Assembly: GCA_030704615.1 (NCBI GenBank)
Contig: CM060734.1
Coordinates: forward strand, 17,050,001 to 17,114,000
Direction: 5' to 3'
From: Takakia lepidozioides
Taxonomy: Eukaryota > Plantae > Bryophyta
DNA: 64,000 bases
Part shown: positions 36,246 through 49,900 of the stretch, piece after piece
Layout of the letters: each line of letters begins with the position of its first letter
Numbering within the stretch: the stretch's first letter is position 1
Notes under the pieces: generated by a model
Databases searched by the model: none
What the model was told of the DNA's origin: nothing
What the model saw: the letters and a program-made list of their open reading frames with translations, nothing else
Program-made: the position numbers and the translations under genes

Positions 36246-38790
36246 CTACATCATGTCATCGGGAGGGACATCATCTTCCTCATCAAGCTCCAACTCTTGT
36301 CTATTGTCCTCATCGAAGTCACTATATTGACCCCTCTCAAGAGAGTCATGATCAGAAGCCGAATCATCATCCATATATTCATATGGCTCTTGCACGACGG
36401 GAGGGTCAATAAGAGGCAGCACAATAGGATCTTCCTCTTCTTGTACATCCTCATTGTCATCGTCATCGTCATCGTCATCCTCGTCATTATCCTCATCGTC
36501 CTCCTCCTCCGGCGCAATATTCGCATCAAACCACTTGATCTCCTCCAACATTGTTCAAGGCAATGTCTTCAATTGTCTCTATCCACGAAGCATCATCTCC
36601 CGCATCCGCATCCGCATCGGCCACCTCGGCCACCTCGTCCACCTCGGTCACTTCGGCCACTTCGGCCTCATCACCACCCCAACGGTTTGATCCCTCGCCA
36701 TGGTAAATGCATCTCCCTCTTAGCCTAGCATGCACAACCACCTTCCAATTGCCCGATCTAGTCTTGTCTTCGGAAAAAAAGACTTGTTCCATGTCCTTCG
36801 GCTGTGCAAATGGTTCATTGGAGATGCGTGTAGAGGGCGTGATCCTGGAAGTGTTGACCTGCATGAAGCCACACTCGTCAGGCAAGAGGGTTGCATTTGG
36901 GCTTGCAATGTGGGGTTGGAACCACCTCCCCTTGAAAAGAATATGGCGATGGTGATCATACTCGAGTTGCAAAATGACATCAAGCTCCCCAATATATTCA
37001 AGCTTGCTTCTCTCGGGTCGAATGTCCCTTATGCTTGACACGGAGTCTTGCCAATATGTTGCACACCGGAGTCAAATGTGGTCTTCCGACACATGTCAAG
37101 AGAACGGATGCGGAAATGACGACCATGAATCCAAATTGAGGAGAATGAAATGGCATATTGAGATGGCACTCTCGCAAGCACTTGCACTAAATGGGGCACC
37201 ACCTCGTCCACGGCCATCGCAGCATCAACTCCACTCTGGAGCCAATGGCGAAATGGTCTCAATGGCTGCATTTCCGTGGGCAAATCACCCGCCCCCGATG
37301 GGGCGTGCTCCTGGATCTGCGCCGTCCTCAGAGGCTCGCAATTCCCTTGCACATGTACGTCTCCAAATTGTACTTGCTTCCAACCGCCGTGCATTCTCAT
37401 CCACATGTCTTGCCTCCCACTCCACTATGCAAGGGGTGTTCTTCAATACAAAGTCATGTGCTTGCTCCACCTCGGTGTTCGATAGTGTCACCCTCCTTGA
37501 TTTTTTGGGCAAAACCATGTCCTTGTTCCGCACATCATCCTCTTCCTTCCACATTGGAGGGGCCTCTTTGTCCACCCTTCTCATGTACTCCGTACATAAC
37601 ACCATAGCCTCTTGCAATGTGTATCCCTCCGCCATGCTACCCTCGGGATGTGCCTTTTGCCGCACGTGTGCCTTGACCTCCTTCATGTAACGCTCTAGAA
37701 AGTACATCCACCGAGCATGAACCGGTCCGGCAATCTCCGCCTCTTCCACCAAGTGCACTACCAAATGCACTTGGATGTCAAAGAAATTAGGGGGAAGATG
37801 CATCTCCAACATACACAAGACCGTGGCTGCCTCCTCCTTCATTCGGGGAAAATCCGCCTCGTCCATCTCTTTTATGCAAAGCCAATGGAATAAATCAGCA
37901 AGTCGACAGATGGCTTTTTCGAATGCCCTCATGGAGTGTCCCTCGTATTACAATGGGAAGGATGTCTTGCAAAATGTTGTGGTAGTCATGAGATTTCAAA
38001 CCATGGATAGTGGTGGCATCTTCAAATTTGTTGCGTAGAGATGCGCCATACCCGGTCGGGGTCCGGATAGCTTGTATTGTGGTCCGCACTTGCTTGTATT
38101 CCTCCTTTGTCCAAGTCCAAGTTGGCGCCCTATACTTCCACTTGGGAGCATTGTTCACGTCCACACCATCAGCTTCAGGCCATAGTCGTGGCATACGGTT
38201 TTGGGCTTGGAGCTCTCGCCTCACACCAAGGGAATCACCGCCGTGTTTCTTCTTCCCCCCGGTTAAGTTTGCCAGTACACGAATAAATGATGAGCACATG
38301 GAAATTTCATGATGCGCAAGATCTGAGAATCCGGCACCTCCTTGATCCCATGCATATTGAGAAGAATTTCATAAACCCTGAACTCGGTGTAATTTCATAT
38401 GAATATGTCATGACATTCAATGAAATATGTGTGGTCCAATGCATTTCGGACTTGTACCTCCCAATAAGGCAACTCGTAGAAGATTTAGAGCAGGGACATG
38501 CCACACCTCTTGAGCCAGCGGTTTTTATCCAGCACCTCTTGCCACCGGGCTTTCCAAAATGACCCAGGGGAACGCACGGGTGGAGGTCTCCTCTCCACGG
38601 TCCCATCAAATAATTTCTTGTCTTTTCGTTCTCCATGGATGGTTGAGAGGAAGAAATTTCCGGTAGTTGGGATAGATCATTTTCGCAACGTTCTTCAAAT
38701 GCTTTGCATCAAGGTTAGCCGGCCCACAACATAAACATGCTGCGTACCCCTTTGTGCTTAGTCCCGGACAAACTGAAAGCCCTGCACAAA
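36246..38790 (-). mobile_element. CACTA TnpD-like transposase pseudogene (Transposase_21 end, DUF4218, DUF4216, acidic tail)
   Basis: GLSTKGYAAC..RKFLPLNHPWR; LLDPMHIEKN region; GLKSHDYHNILQDILP; LEMHLPPNFFDIQVHLVVHL...GPVHARWMYFLERYM...HPEGSMAEGY; EPFAQPKDMEQVFFSED...WKVV. Multiple frameshifts. Confidence 0.92.
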
Positions 38791-38829
38791 ACCATGAATT
38801 TATCCATACCATGCCATCTTGACCCTCCA

Positions 38830-39180
38830 GAATCAACACCTCCCATATTCGTAGAATCACACGCCCTGCTGTGACATCCAAGGTCGTAGGTGTTGTCCGT
38901 TGCAGATACATATAGTCCCCAAGGTTGAATCTCCGAACACCCGGTCGATATCCTCATCCACGTACAGTGGCATACCTCAATGTGTCTCGGTGTTGGGCAA
39001 TAGCAAGGTTCTCAAAAGCCATAGGCATGACTCTCTTGAACAACTCTGCCCGCTGGTCACACGCTTGTGTCCACACATCCGGATCATCATGATTGAGGAC
39101 TACTGCAGCCTTCCTGTGAACAGATGCAGGCAAATCTGGCTCTCGGCCAAAGAGAAAAAAATAAGGCGAGAACGAGGCAA
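38830..39180 (-). mobile_element. Ty3/gypsy integrase C-terminal fragment
   Basis: FSPYFFLFGREPDLP...RAELFKRVMPMAFENLAIAQHRDTLRYA...RRFNLGDYMYLQ...TLDVTAGRVILRI. Confidence 0.8.
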
Positions 39181-39724
39181 GTTGTCGCGGCCCTTTGCCT
39201 TGAGGGCAGGGGGGCGGGACACAAGAGGGGCTGCCTCTGTGGTGGGGGCAGTGGCAATAATAGGTATGGGGGCTGAAGCACCCTTGAGTGCCCAAGGCAC
39301 TTAAGGAGGCAGAAGCACTCACTAGGTGGAGCCCCGCACACGGGGTTGCGGTGGGGGTGGTTCCACGAGGGGTGGTGGTAACTTAGTGGTCTTAGTGGGG
39401 GTGGCATAGGACTCACCATGGGGCGGAGACCTTGTGGTGGGACTCGTGGGGAGTCTTGGGACTCATCACGGTCCATTGGGGCCGTGGTGGGTGGGCCCAG
39501 ACTCACCGCGACTCATCACCCTCTTGATCCATAGACTTTAGAAAATTGGGACATGTGCGATGGAAGACCAAGCGATGATCTTGTTGAGATAGATACTTGT
39601 CAGCTATCCGGTGTTAGAGGGACCTAATCACCAGCTAGGGGGGCGATTGTGACATAGCTTTCTAGGATTGTGTGCTTTAGAACATGTGGTGGACAACAAT
39701 GTATATTCTGGCACGATGCTTAGA

Positions 39725-42663
39725 TGCACGATATCTCGCTCCCATCTTGTTCCTCATTGCAGCTGATGGACTGAGCTATCTCATGGATAAAAGAAACAAT
39801 TTTTTGGGCTTGATCATACCCAACCCTGTTGATGACTTCCTCTCCTCTTCGATTAAATCCTTGTTGTATGCGGATGACACTACACTCTTCATCAACAATA
39901 GCTTGAGTTCAAATGTTAACTCGGTGCTTGACTCACTATGAGCCTTCTGTGAAGCCTCAGGTCTGAGCATTAGTTGGAGCAAGTCTGTAGGGCTGCTGAG
40001 TATCATTTCAGACTCCTCCTCAGCGCAACATTGTGACACTTGGGGGACGGATCTGGGCCTGAGATGGCTCAAAGATGGGGAAACTCACGAGCTGCTGGGA
40101 CACCTGATTGGCAACAACCTCAACAATGACCTCCGTGTCTCAGCAGTGATGTCCAAACTCAAAAGGAGGCTCTCCTTCTGCTGTTCGGTACATCTCTCTA
40201 TCATTGGAAGGGTAATAATTGTGAATCAGGTCCTGGAAGCCTCTATGTGGTTCGTTTCTGCGGTTTGGTCCCCGGGCTCTTCAATTATTAAGCAGATTAA
40301 ATCCCTCATGAGGAATTTTATTTGGGGTGCCTCTGTAGATTCACCCAAAAAAAGGGCTCTAGTTAGCTGGGATGTGTTTCCGCGGTAATGACGTCAGCTT
40401 AATTCCAAGCATGTTTCCCTTCACAAACATGGCAGTTCGCTAAGGGTTAGGGTTAGGGTTTGTCGTGTTTGTCGTGTTTGCTGTGTTTGTCGATTTGTCG
40501 TGTTTGTTGTGTTTCCGCGGTAATGGGTGCTCATCCACGGAAATACACCCTGCATCTTCCCCCATTCTCGTACCACGTGGACTGGGCTCACGTCAGGCTC
40601 TTGGGCTCACAGGCTCTTGGGCTCACGTGGCTAGGCTCACACTCTAGCATTCCCTAGCTGGGATCAGCTTTGTCAAAAGAAAAAGTATGGTGGCTTGGGA
40701 GTCCTGGATCCACAAAAGCAAATCAATGCCCTCCTTGCAAAGTGGGTTCCTGATTGACCCATCTCTCTAGCCCGTGGAGCCGTCTGGTCAGGCATCATAT
40801 TGCTGCCGCCACGCCAAAAACCTGCCCTAAATGGCCTCATTCATTGAGATGGTTGGTGCAGGGGGAGCATACAAACACTAAACCAGGTGTGGGTTCTTAG
40901 GCATGGCAATCTATTTGGTGTGCATGGTGTAAGCTCCGACCGTTCCTCTTTCAATCTAAACCAACATCATTCCATGAAGTTCTCAAGCAGCCTCTCTTTG
41001 GGAATTATAACAGAGACTCGGGAGCTCTGATCTCATGCTCCAAGCGTTGGGCTGAATGGGAAGCAGCCGGGCTTTCACATCTGCTACACTTTTGGGATAA
41101 TTCCTCCAACTCCCTGCTTTCAGTTTCTTCTGTGGCGGAAGGTTTTTCACAGAGAAGAATTGCTTTAGGATGGGACTCTGTGGTGGGCGATCTGCCTCAA
41201 TGCTGGACAGATTTGCTGTCTCAGCCACACCTTAACAAGCTGCCAGGCTGGTTCGGCTGGTCTGTGGGAAAGGATCTTAAGGCATTCTTTGCAATCTCCT
41301 CTTGCAGTAATATCCTCTCTGGCATATGCTTTAAGGTCAGGAGATTTTCTTTTTGCCCCGGAGGTGACCCAAGTGCCTGATAGTAGCTCCCTATTTGAAA
41401 TCAGAGTTTTCTGCTTTCTCTGGGGGAAGCCCAGCCCCACACCTCCTCCTGAGCTTCAACATTACAATGGTGCATTCTACTGGTTTGTATCAGCCCCCCT
41501 GAAGCTACTACAATTTGATCCTGGGGAGTGGGCATGGATGAACAAGAAACATGATCCCTTCTTTAGCTATACTGTAAAGATGGGATATTCCCTGCAGTCA
41601 CCAAAGAGGAGTTTTGACAAAAAGTGGAACGCTAAGTGGGCTCATTTTCCTGGTCCAACAACAGCTTGGAAACTGGTCTGGACTGATGTTTGGAAAAAAC
41701 ACAGAGCTACCAAGGTGGCTGCTTTTCTTTGGAAGATAGCCAACAGAATAGTGCCAGTGGCTGCTATGTTTCCTGATTCGACTAACACTTGTGCTACATG
41801 CATGTTGGCTGCTCATGAGAGCCTGGAGCACTGCCTTGTGGAATGCCCTTGCGCAGGCTGTTTGGGTTAAGGCTTTTGCCTTCTACTCCATCTGGAATCG
41901 CAATCTCACCTACTCTACTTCTGCTCAATTGCTGAACATTAAGCATCGTGTTAGATTCTGCTCTTGCCCAGTGTGGGAATCGATTAGAGGGATCATTCTT
42001 TGGAATATTTGGAAAATGCGATGTGCTGTGGTTTTTCAAAATGTAAGGCCCTGTTTGCAGAAAGTGTTGTATTGGGCTCACTCAGACCTAGTGTCTGAGG
42101 CAAGGAAAGCGTGGCTTGTTGTTGTGACAGCTCTTCCCAAGTGCAGCAACTCGAGGAGGGAACATCTCCTTGCTTCCTTTGACGATTCCTGGGGGAAACA
42201 CTACGTCTTCTGCAGGAGAATTTCTGACATTCAGATCGTGTGGGAAGACTCTTTCCCAGCCTGCTGGAAGTGACATTAGCTCTAAGCCCTCCCCTTCGGA
42301 GGCTGAAGATTCGGATATCAACCGGAGACATAAGCGTAGTGGCTCTAGGAAAGATAGATCCAAGGTGCATCTATCCTTTGAGGCTCCTAAGCGCAAAAGG
42401 GGTAGTTCGTAGAATTGGGTTGCCTCTTTTGATTCCAATCTCTCTCCTGCTTACTGTAGACCATCTCGAAGCTGCTCGCTTCCTATCTGATTCTTTCTTA
42501 CTTCTTAAGCTTCTTGTTTCCTCCCCCTTGGTTTATTTGGCACGAAGTGGAACCTCCTTACTCAGCCTTCATGGCTTATCTGTAAGGTTATTTTTTCCTT
42601 ACTTAATAAAGTTTTCTAGGGCTACAATCCCCCTGTTCCCAAAAAAATAAAAAATAAAAAAAT
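39725..42663 (+). mobile_element. L1-clade LINE, 5'-truncated and decayed (RT C-terminal half, zf-RVT, A-rich tail)
   Basis: LAPILFLIAADGL...LLYADDTTLF...FCEASGL; LSIIGRVIIVNQVL; LVSWD...GGLGVLD; KVAAFLWKIANR...CATC...ESLEHCLVEC; ILWNIWKMRC; A-rich tail 42641-42662. Confidence 0.92.
40374..40654. mobile_element. 281-bp insertion in the L1 containing TTAGGG and GTGTTTGTC repeats
   Basis: Interrupts LVSWD|QL. Flanked by direct repeat TAGCTGGGAT (40364-73, 40655-64). Confidence 0.75.
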
Positions 42664-43916
42664 CCCTAGCATGCGAACGAAGGACAGCCGGCTGCATCGC
42701 AGTTGGTGGGCGATTGCTGTGCTGCGGTGGGCTTGAAAGGGGGTGGGAGTGTGAGGGGCGGAGTGATTTGAGCTCAAACACACGCACTCTTGCTGCTGCC
42801 AGATTGTCCATCTGGCTATGGCGGCAGGGATGCGACTGCAATTGGGTGCAATTCAAGCTGTCGTTGCATAGAGGAGGGGATGGCGCATGAGGGACGGGAG
42901 TGCACAAGGGTGGTTAATCTGTCGAATTTGTAAGCAAGGTGAGGGAGATGAACGTATGAGCTCAGCAGGAGTAGTAGAGTTCTGCATGGATCTAGAAGCT
43001 GTGGTGCTGAATATTCGGGTGTGGTGCCTTGCTTGTGCAGACCGTGCATATTGAGAAGCTTGAGCGGACCATGAACGGCAGTGGGGCAGAGAATGGGTTC
43101 GAAATTGTACACGGCATTTAAATCCAATGCTGGTGAAGCAAATGCTGACAGAGACAGAGACACAGTGTCCCAACGTAATGGGGAGGTAAGGAGCACTGCA
43201 TGTAAGGTAGGAGGAAATATCTTTTGAACGGCAGGTTTAATAAGTGTGTACGAGTGTTTGAAGATTCTCACACAGAAAGCAACCAAGTTATGGGAATTCA
43301 GGGTGGAAGCAGAGACACTGAAGTCAAGGGAGAGACGAGGAATGTCGGTAGGCAGTTAACGGGATGTATCTGTTGCTGATTTGCAATAAATATAAGTGTG
43401 GTCGAAATGTAAGTCTCAAGTCTGAGTGTTTTCAGGTGAGGCCACGGCAACGGATCAGCAAGCTGCAGGCCATTGAAGACTGCAAAGTTTCTGCAAAGAG
43501 ATTCGATGGCATCGTGGAAGGGAACAGGTGGATGGATATCCGGACCCTTTGAGGATTTATTACCTGATATATGAGTGCAGTTCATCCTTCCCAATCAACA
43601 CAGTTGGGGAGAGTACGGGTTTGTTGTACTCTATAGTGATTTTCTACATGCTGTCATTTTACGGAAAGATGACTTTTTTGTAGAGCTTTCTTCCACAACA
43701 AAGAGTTGCACACCTTGCGGCCAAGTGGCCTATAATCCCCTTAAACGATTGCTAATGGGATGTCTACATGTAAGCTAGGATGTGCAATGTTTACTGTGGT
43801 CAGGGGGTGGGCGAAAAAGTAGGAGGTATCATGCTCTATTTGATTTCGCCACTACTCATATTATTGCCCCCAACCAAACTCTCCTGCATGCCTGCATTTG
43901 GAAATGTAGACAGAAG

Positions 43917-46900
43917 ATGGAGAATGTATCTCTCAGCTTTCAGAGCGAGGGAGATAGTGTGATGGCTGAGCCAACACCATCGACTTATGGAAGGCAGGAT
44001 ATGGCTGTATCTCTTATGCAAGACCACAGCGCTGAGCTCCACCAACTCAGCAATGATGGGTCCCCACACTGTGGTTGGAAATCTGACAGGTCACTGGGTA
44101 CTGAGACAGGCAAACATTTGGGTATATCAGAAGGCCGGGAAGCTAGAAGTGTCCATGGATGGTCCCTTGGTAGTGAGCAACGCAGGGATGTTTTACTGGA
44201 GCCCTGCCAGCCTCCTGAAGGTCGAGGGTGTCCGGAATTGATCTTTACCCAAGAGCTGAACCTGAGGAGAGCTGGGCACGGGGGAACTGCTGATAGTCAT
44301 CTGGACCAAAATGTCTTTGAGGCTCGAGGAGGATTTAAGCACACCATGACTGTTTCTTCCGTCTCTGAGCCACGCCACCCTAGTAAAGGAGTTCCCACAA
44401 CATCAGAAGGTCGGGAGGCTAGAAATGTCCACGGATGGTCCCTCGGGAGTGAGCAACGCAGGGATGTGTCACTGGAGCCCTGCCAGCCTCCTGAAGGTCA
44501 AGGGTGTCCGGAATCGAATTCTACCCAAGAGTTGAACTTGAAGAGAGCTGGGCATGGGGGAACTGCAGATAATCTTCTGGGCCAGAATGTCTCTGAGGCT
44601 GGAGGAGAAATTCAGCACAGCATGATTGTTTCTTCCATCTCTGAGCCACGCCACCCTAGTAAAGGAGTTCCCAGCACAGAATCAAAGTCTGTGAGGGACA
44701 ATAAGCCAGGCTCAAAGGTCGGTGGCCTGGTCAGGAGTTCAGGTGGGACTCCTGAGCCCTGCCGATCAAGCAAAGGATCGTCTGATGAGGAGATGAATTT
44801 CGAAGGAGAATCAGACCGAAGGAAAGATGGCTCTGGCAAACAGCTAGGAAGCACTGACAGTTGGGCACATCTGGAGGTCAGTGAGAGGGTCCAGTGGGGA
44901 AAGAAAATGCCAGTCTCCTTCACACCAGAGCTTGTCACACCAGAGCTTCACCTATCTGTGGAAGAAGACTATGACGAACTCAATTTTGTTGGAGTGTCAG
45001 GCTCAGAAGTTACGGGCTCTAGAAGACACACAACATCTGAGGAGGGTGGGGGGCATCTCGAGATGAATGGGGGGGTGAGGGGCAGCAAGCAAGGCCAGGC
45101 TCTTTCTTTTATGCCTCCAAGGACAGACAAGCCCCTTCAGCCTTGTAGAGAAGGGGTCATGAGTAGAGAGCCTCGAGTTGGTGTGGAGTTGGGTGCAAAG
45201 GGTGCTGGTGGTAGGTACGATGAAAGATCTGACGATGGATGGGTGTATCAGAACGGGGCCAAAAGCTTTAGTAAGCCCTGCACACTGGAGCATTTGAAAA
45301 GAGGTTTGGCAGGACAGTATATTAGCAGTGACCTCCTGGTGTACCATGTGAGATCAGGTGTGTACAGCAGGCCAGTCACTTTGAAGCAAGCCCTTGAAAA
45401 TTTAGAGTCTTCCTCTCCAATTGTGATGGATCAATTGCGGAAGCCAAAGTCTGTGGTCCAGCAGGAGACCTCAACACGAATGGTTGTGGATGGTCAGGAT
45501 TCATGTAAGCAGAAGTCCCGCCCTCAGGGCTCTCAGAGGTCTCTTTCACTTCACTCGGTGGTTGTTTCACAACAGGGTGATGCTCGGGTACCTGTGGATA
45601 TTTGTTCAAATTCCATCAGCAGCAGTCCTGGAGTACCCCCCTTGGACCCTGTGTGGAACCCCGTCTTGGGGTCTCCATATCCCCCTTCAAGCAAGGGGTG
45701 GGCTCCAACAGAGTCTGTTGGCTTCCGTTATCCATCTCAGAGTATGGATATTGCAGCATGGAGATCAAGCACACCAGTGCATAGCGGCCAAGCTCCCAGA
45801 AGATTGTCAACAGGGGTTTTGCCAGTATCACAAGAACCAGCAGGCACTCCTGGAGCGGCAATCCCTGTGGCTATGCACCAGGCAGTACCCCCACGGGATT
45901 GGAGATATCAGATCACTCACCCAGCCTTCTGCCCTCCATATATACAGACAGGACGAGGGCTTGTTAGCAGTGGTATGCTGTCCAAAGAACAGGTATGGTC
46001 TGCCTACTGCACCAACAAATTTGGTGGACTGCCCAGCCAGTCTCCAATGTTGAAAAGGATTCTTAGCATGTCACTTGCTAAATAAGTTGCTAAAGCAAAA
46101 TTTGATGTTCTGGTATTCACTGGTGCATGCACACGTGGATGTGCACCTGCAGTATTTCTTACTTTTTCATGTACTCATAGTTGCATTCGGGAGTGGGCAC
46201 CCAAGATGAAAAGATTTTGTCCCTTGGATTATAGGCCTCATCAATGACACTCTGTTGCAAGTCTTAACTGATTTGGTGGTTCAGGTGTGGATGGAGTACT
46301 GCTGGAAATATGAAGGTGATGATAAAAATATGAAAGGTCCTTTTTCCCTTTCCCAGCTATGGGGCTGGTACTATGCATCCCAGCTTTATGGTTCTCTCAA
46401 GGTGTGTCATCATTGTCTTATATCTTTATGGATTAAAGACTTTGTTGGTTTCTTCTTAAGTTGGAGCTGTATCTTGGAGCCCTTGCCATTCCCAATTAAG
46501 ATACTAGCCCAGTAGGTGAGGGTCAGTCATTTCTAAAGCACCAGCATGGGAATCATTGAACCCCTGATGTGGTGCAATTCATTTCACTGCTATTAGTAGT
46601 CTTCAAGCTTGCTAAAAACAATCTCTTACATGCTGCAGATTTGCCACTTCGGGGCCATGGTGGAGCCCATGCCTTTGGATAAGCTATTGGTATTAGCGGA
46701 AATGGGCACAATATCTGATCACTTACAGGCAAATAACCAGAGCTGTCCAGAGCAGGGGGGTGACAACACCACTGCTAACAGTACCACTTTGAGAGGCCCA
46801 AGAGCTAATGCTCTAGATTTTCTGCAGCAGAAGCTTCATGCGGCAGCCATGGAAGCTGCTCTCAGAGGCTTTCTTGATGCAGTCGTCAGCCAGCCACTTC

Positions 46901-49900
46901 GTGAGTGGGTTCATGCTCGTAGGCCACCAGAAGCTGCAGGCCGGCCACACGAGTCATTCTCGAGGGAGAGGAATGCTGGTGTGCAGCATTGCATGGAGGC
47001 GAGTGGAGGGCCCTGGTCACATTATGAAAATTCTGCCCACAAAGCATCCGTTCTAGCAGTATAGCCGTCTTGCTGTATGTATGGATGATGATTTTTGCTA
47101 TATTTTGTTTTTGCCTTAATCCTTTAAGGCCAGTGATTGGTTGAAAATCAGATGTCCATCAAGGAATGGATCATAAAAGAAGCATCTGGTTTTGCCACAT
47201 CTGTCCAAGGGAAAGGGGATTGTTTTTCTCGTATAATGGCACCTACGGAAGGGGAGAGAAAGACAGACTGTGCCCTGTTTATGTGAGGTATCTTGAGAGC
47301 CAACTCCAGGGAATAACTCTCCTGGAGGGTGCGGTCGGATTTTAGTCTTGAGGAAGTGAAAAACTGGGCCTGAAGTTGCTAGGTCACTCTAGCACAGCTG
47401 ATGAGCTGACTAGAGGGGATTGAATGTCCCATTCAAGCCCAGGCCGCCTCCTCTCAAGTAATGTGTTCCCTGATCTCCTGCAGGAAAATCATTGGCAGCC
47501 ACCTCATCTCTCTTCTAGGCGGCAGGAAGCCCAAATGACTCCCTTGCAAGTGGGTCCGCCACCAGGCTTTCAGGTGGGTGTTTTAGCAGGTACCTTGTGA
47601 ATTGCCTAAGTGGATGTCACATGCTTGTGTTTGTCAGGGGGCCATTAGGGAAGGTAGTTGTGAACTTACTGCCTTTGGACCTGGATGGGCCAGAGTTGCA
47701 ACTTGGTACATTGATTATTTACAGGTTGGCCAATGCAAATGCCAGATTTCTGTCCATTTGTGAGGTGTGTTGGCAGTCGGCTATCAAAGCTGTGGTTTCA
47801 GATGCGTTTTTCCAAAAGTCCATAGTGCCTTCTCTTTTGTTTTTTGGGGGGTACTACCTTTTACTAAGTCAAACAGTGCACACCTCTGTGAAGTATAGTC
47901 AAGTTCAAGTCCAACATTTGAGCTTCTTGATTCCTCGTCTTGTCTTGCCTGAACATGGTATCCAAACAGTACTCATAGCTTGATTGTTTGTCACCTTTGA
48001 GCTGCTGACTGATGTGAGGGAATGGTGTTTCAAGTGAAGATCTTGAGTGTGGTTGGGGTTATTGAAGGATTGTGGCCTCGGGCTCTTGCAGAGCTCCAGA
48101 GTCTCAGCACCAGTTTCCTCCTTCGGTCATCCTCCAACATCTACGGGAGTGAGTGCACCTTTAGGCTTTGATGGCATCGCACGTTCAACAGCTCCTTTTC
48201 AGATGTCCCATGAGCCAAGGGCCAGTGCCCAAGGGTCATTGGCTGGGAGGTCATCTCCAGTTTGTCTGTCAGCTCCCCCAGGCTTTGAGGGTGTTGCTGC
48301 TGCCATGTCAATGGTAAGACCAACAGTCATGGTAATGTTGTCCTGTTCATCATTTTCCCTATGGTAGACTAACCCTATGGTATTGATTTGTCATGGGTTC
48401 AGTTGTTAATATTTTACAGCACACCTGTATAATTGGCGGGAGTGTGCAACCCTGTAGAAGGACTGTGATACATATGGAGATAAGGCTTCTCCTTGGTCAC
48501 GTTCAGCAATGCCTTACCAATTGTATCACAGCAAGTCTCCTCTGATCAGGCAACTTGTCAGGGAAGGCCATCAGTATCAAATTGAGTGCTGGTAACCTGT
48601 ACTGAGAACTTTTGATCAAAGGGTATTGTAATATATGGCTGTCCTGTGCATCAACTGGTGTAGTGCCTAACTGTTACTGATTCGCTTACTGTTGATCTAG
48701 ACTGACACTTGAGTGTGGTGAGAGGGCAGCAACTGATCAAGCCGTGCCCCACTCGTTACCTATGTATTTACTGGTTGTTGTAGTGATTTAGAATCACTGT
48801 GAGTGTAGTCAGATCTTGGGCTATCTTACCAACATGTAGAAGTTCAGTGAATGACATGTCAGTTTTGAATCTGTGGACTTAAGTCATTGTAACCCCTTAA
48901 ATTTGACAGAATGTTGGTCTGTAGGGAGCCCCACAGCCTAGAATGAAGCAGGCTCAGTCAGCTGTGTTGATGGATGTAAGCGCTCCACCAGGCTTTGAAG
49001 GTGTTGCTGCTATGGCAACACAGTCATTCCCCACAGAGGCAATCAGCCCTGTATGTGCAGGTCTGTTGCATGAGATGATATTCAATTTGTTGTTTTCCTG
49101 GATCTGCAAATTTTGTCAGGAGAGGGTGGACCGAAATTGCGTAATAGAAGGTGTTTCCATTGGACTTCCACAAGGCAAAACTACATTTGCTAGTTCTTTG
49201 CTATTGCAGGCAGAGTTGTATTATTGAAGGACTTCCATGGTGAGATGTTCACACTTGCAGGAGTCACCTCCCTTCTCCACATTAGCTAGGGAAAGTATTT
49301 GCATTTGATTGATGCCATTAGTCATAGGCTGCTTGTCTCAGATTGTAGTGTGGTTGCTTTCTGTTTGCAGACACACATAGGCAACCCCCACTGGCTACCC
49401 CTGAGGAGTTAATTTGCATGTCACAGAAAGTGCTGCTTGAGACCAGACCTTCTACCTTTAGTTCTGAACAATCTGAACCCAAGAATACTCACACTATGAA
49501 CCCTGAGAGTCCAACCCAGTGTGTTCGCCCTCAAGTGGATGAGCAATATCCAGATACGGAGCCTACAGAAAGCAACACGGTTACCTTCAGTTGTAAACAA
49601 TCTTCACTTCACAAAATTTTGAATGTGAACCCTGAGCATCCAGCCCAGTTTGATCATCAGCAAGCCAGGGATTCCAACGTCAGCAACTTTGAGCCGGTGA
49701 AGGAGCTTGCAAATAGCAACATAGTACCCTCCGTCAGTTTGTCTCTCTTAAACTCCAACATAAGCTGTAGACTCTCACCCAACCCAGACAAGGGAATTAG
49801 CAGGGCAACAAATATCCATGAGAGGAGGAAACTTAAGGCAAAAGATCATGTGTTGCAAAATGGCAAGGCTCCTCAGCGGCGCAACTGCCGTAAGTCTATA

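Noticed and set aside
36974-37690. 238-aa plus-strand ORF
   Set aside because: Antisense shadow of the CACTA transposase.
45993-46085. ORF 43782-46085 as a standalone 767-aa gene
   Set aside because: It is the first coding exon of ATXR7; a donor at 45993 joins in phase to the second GYF exon.
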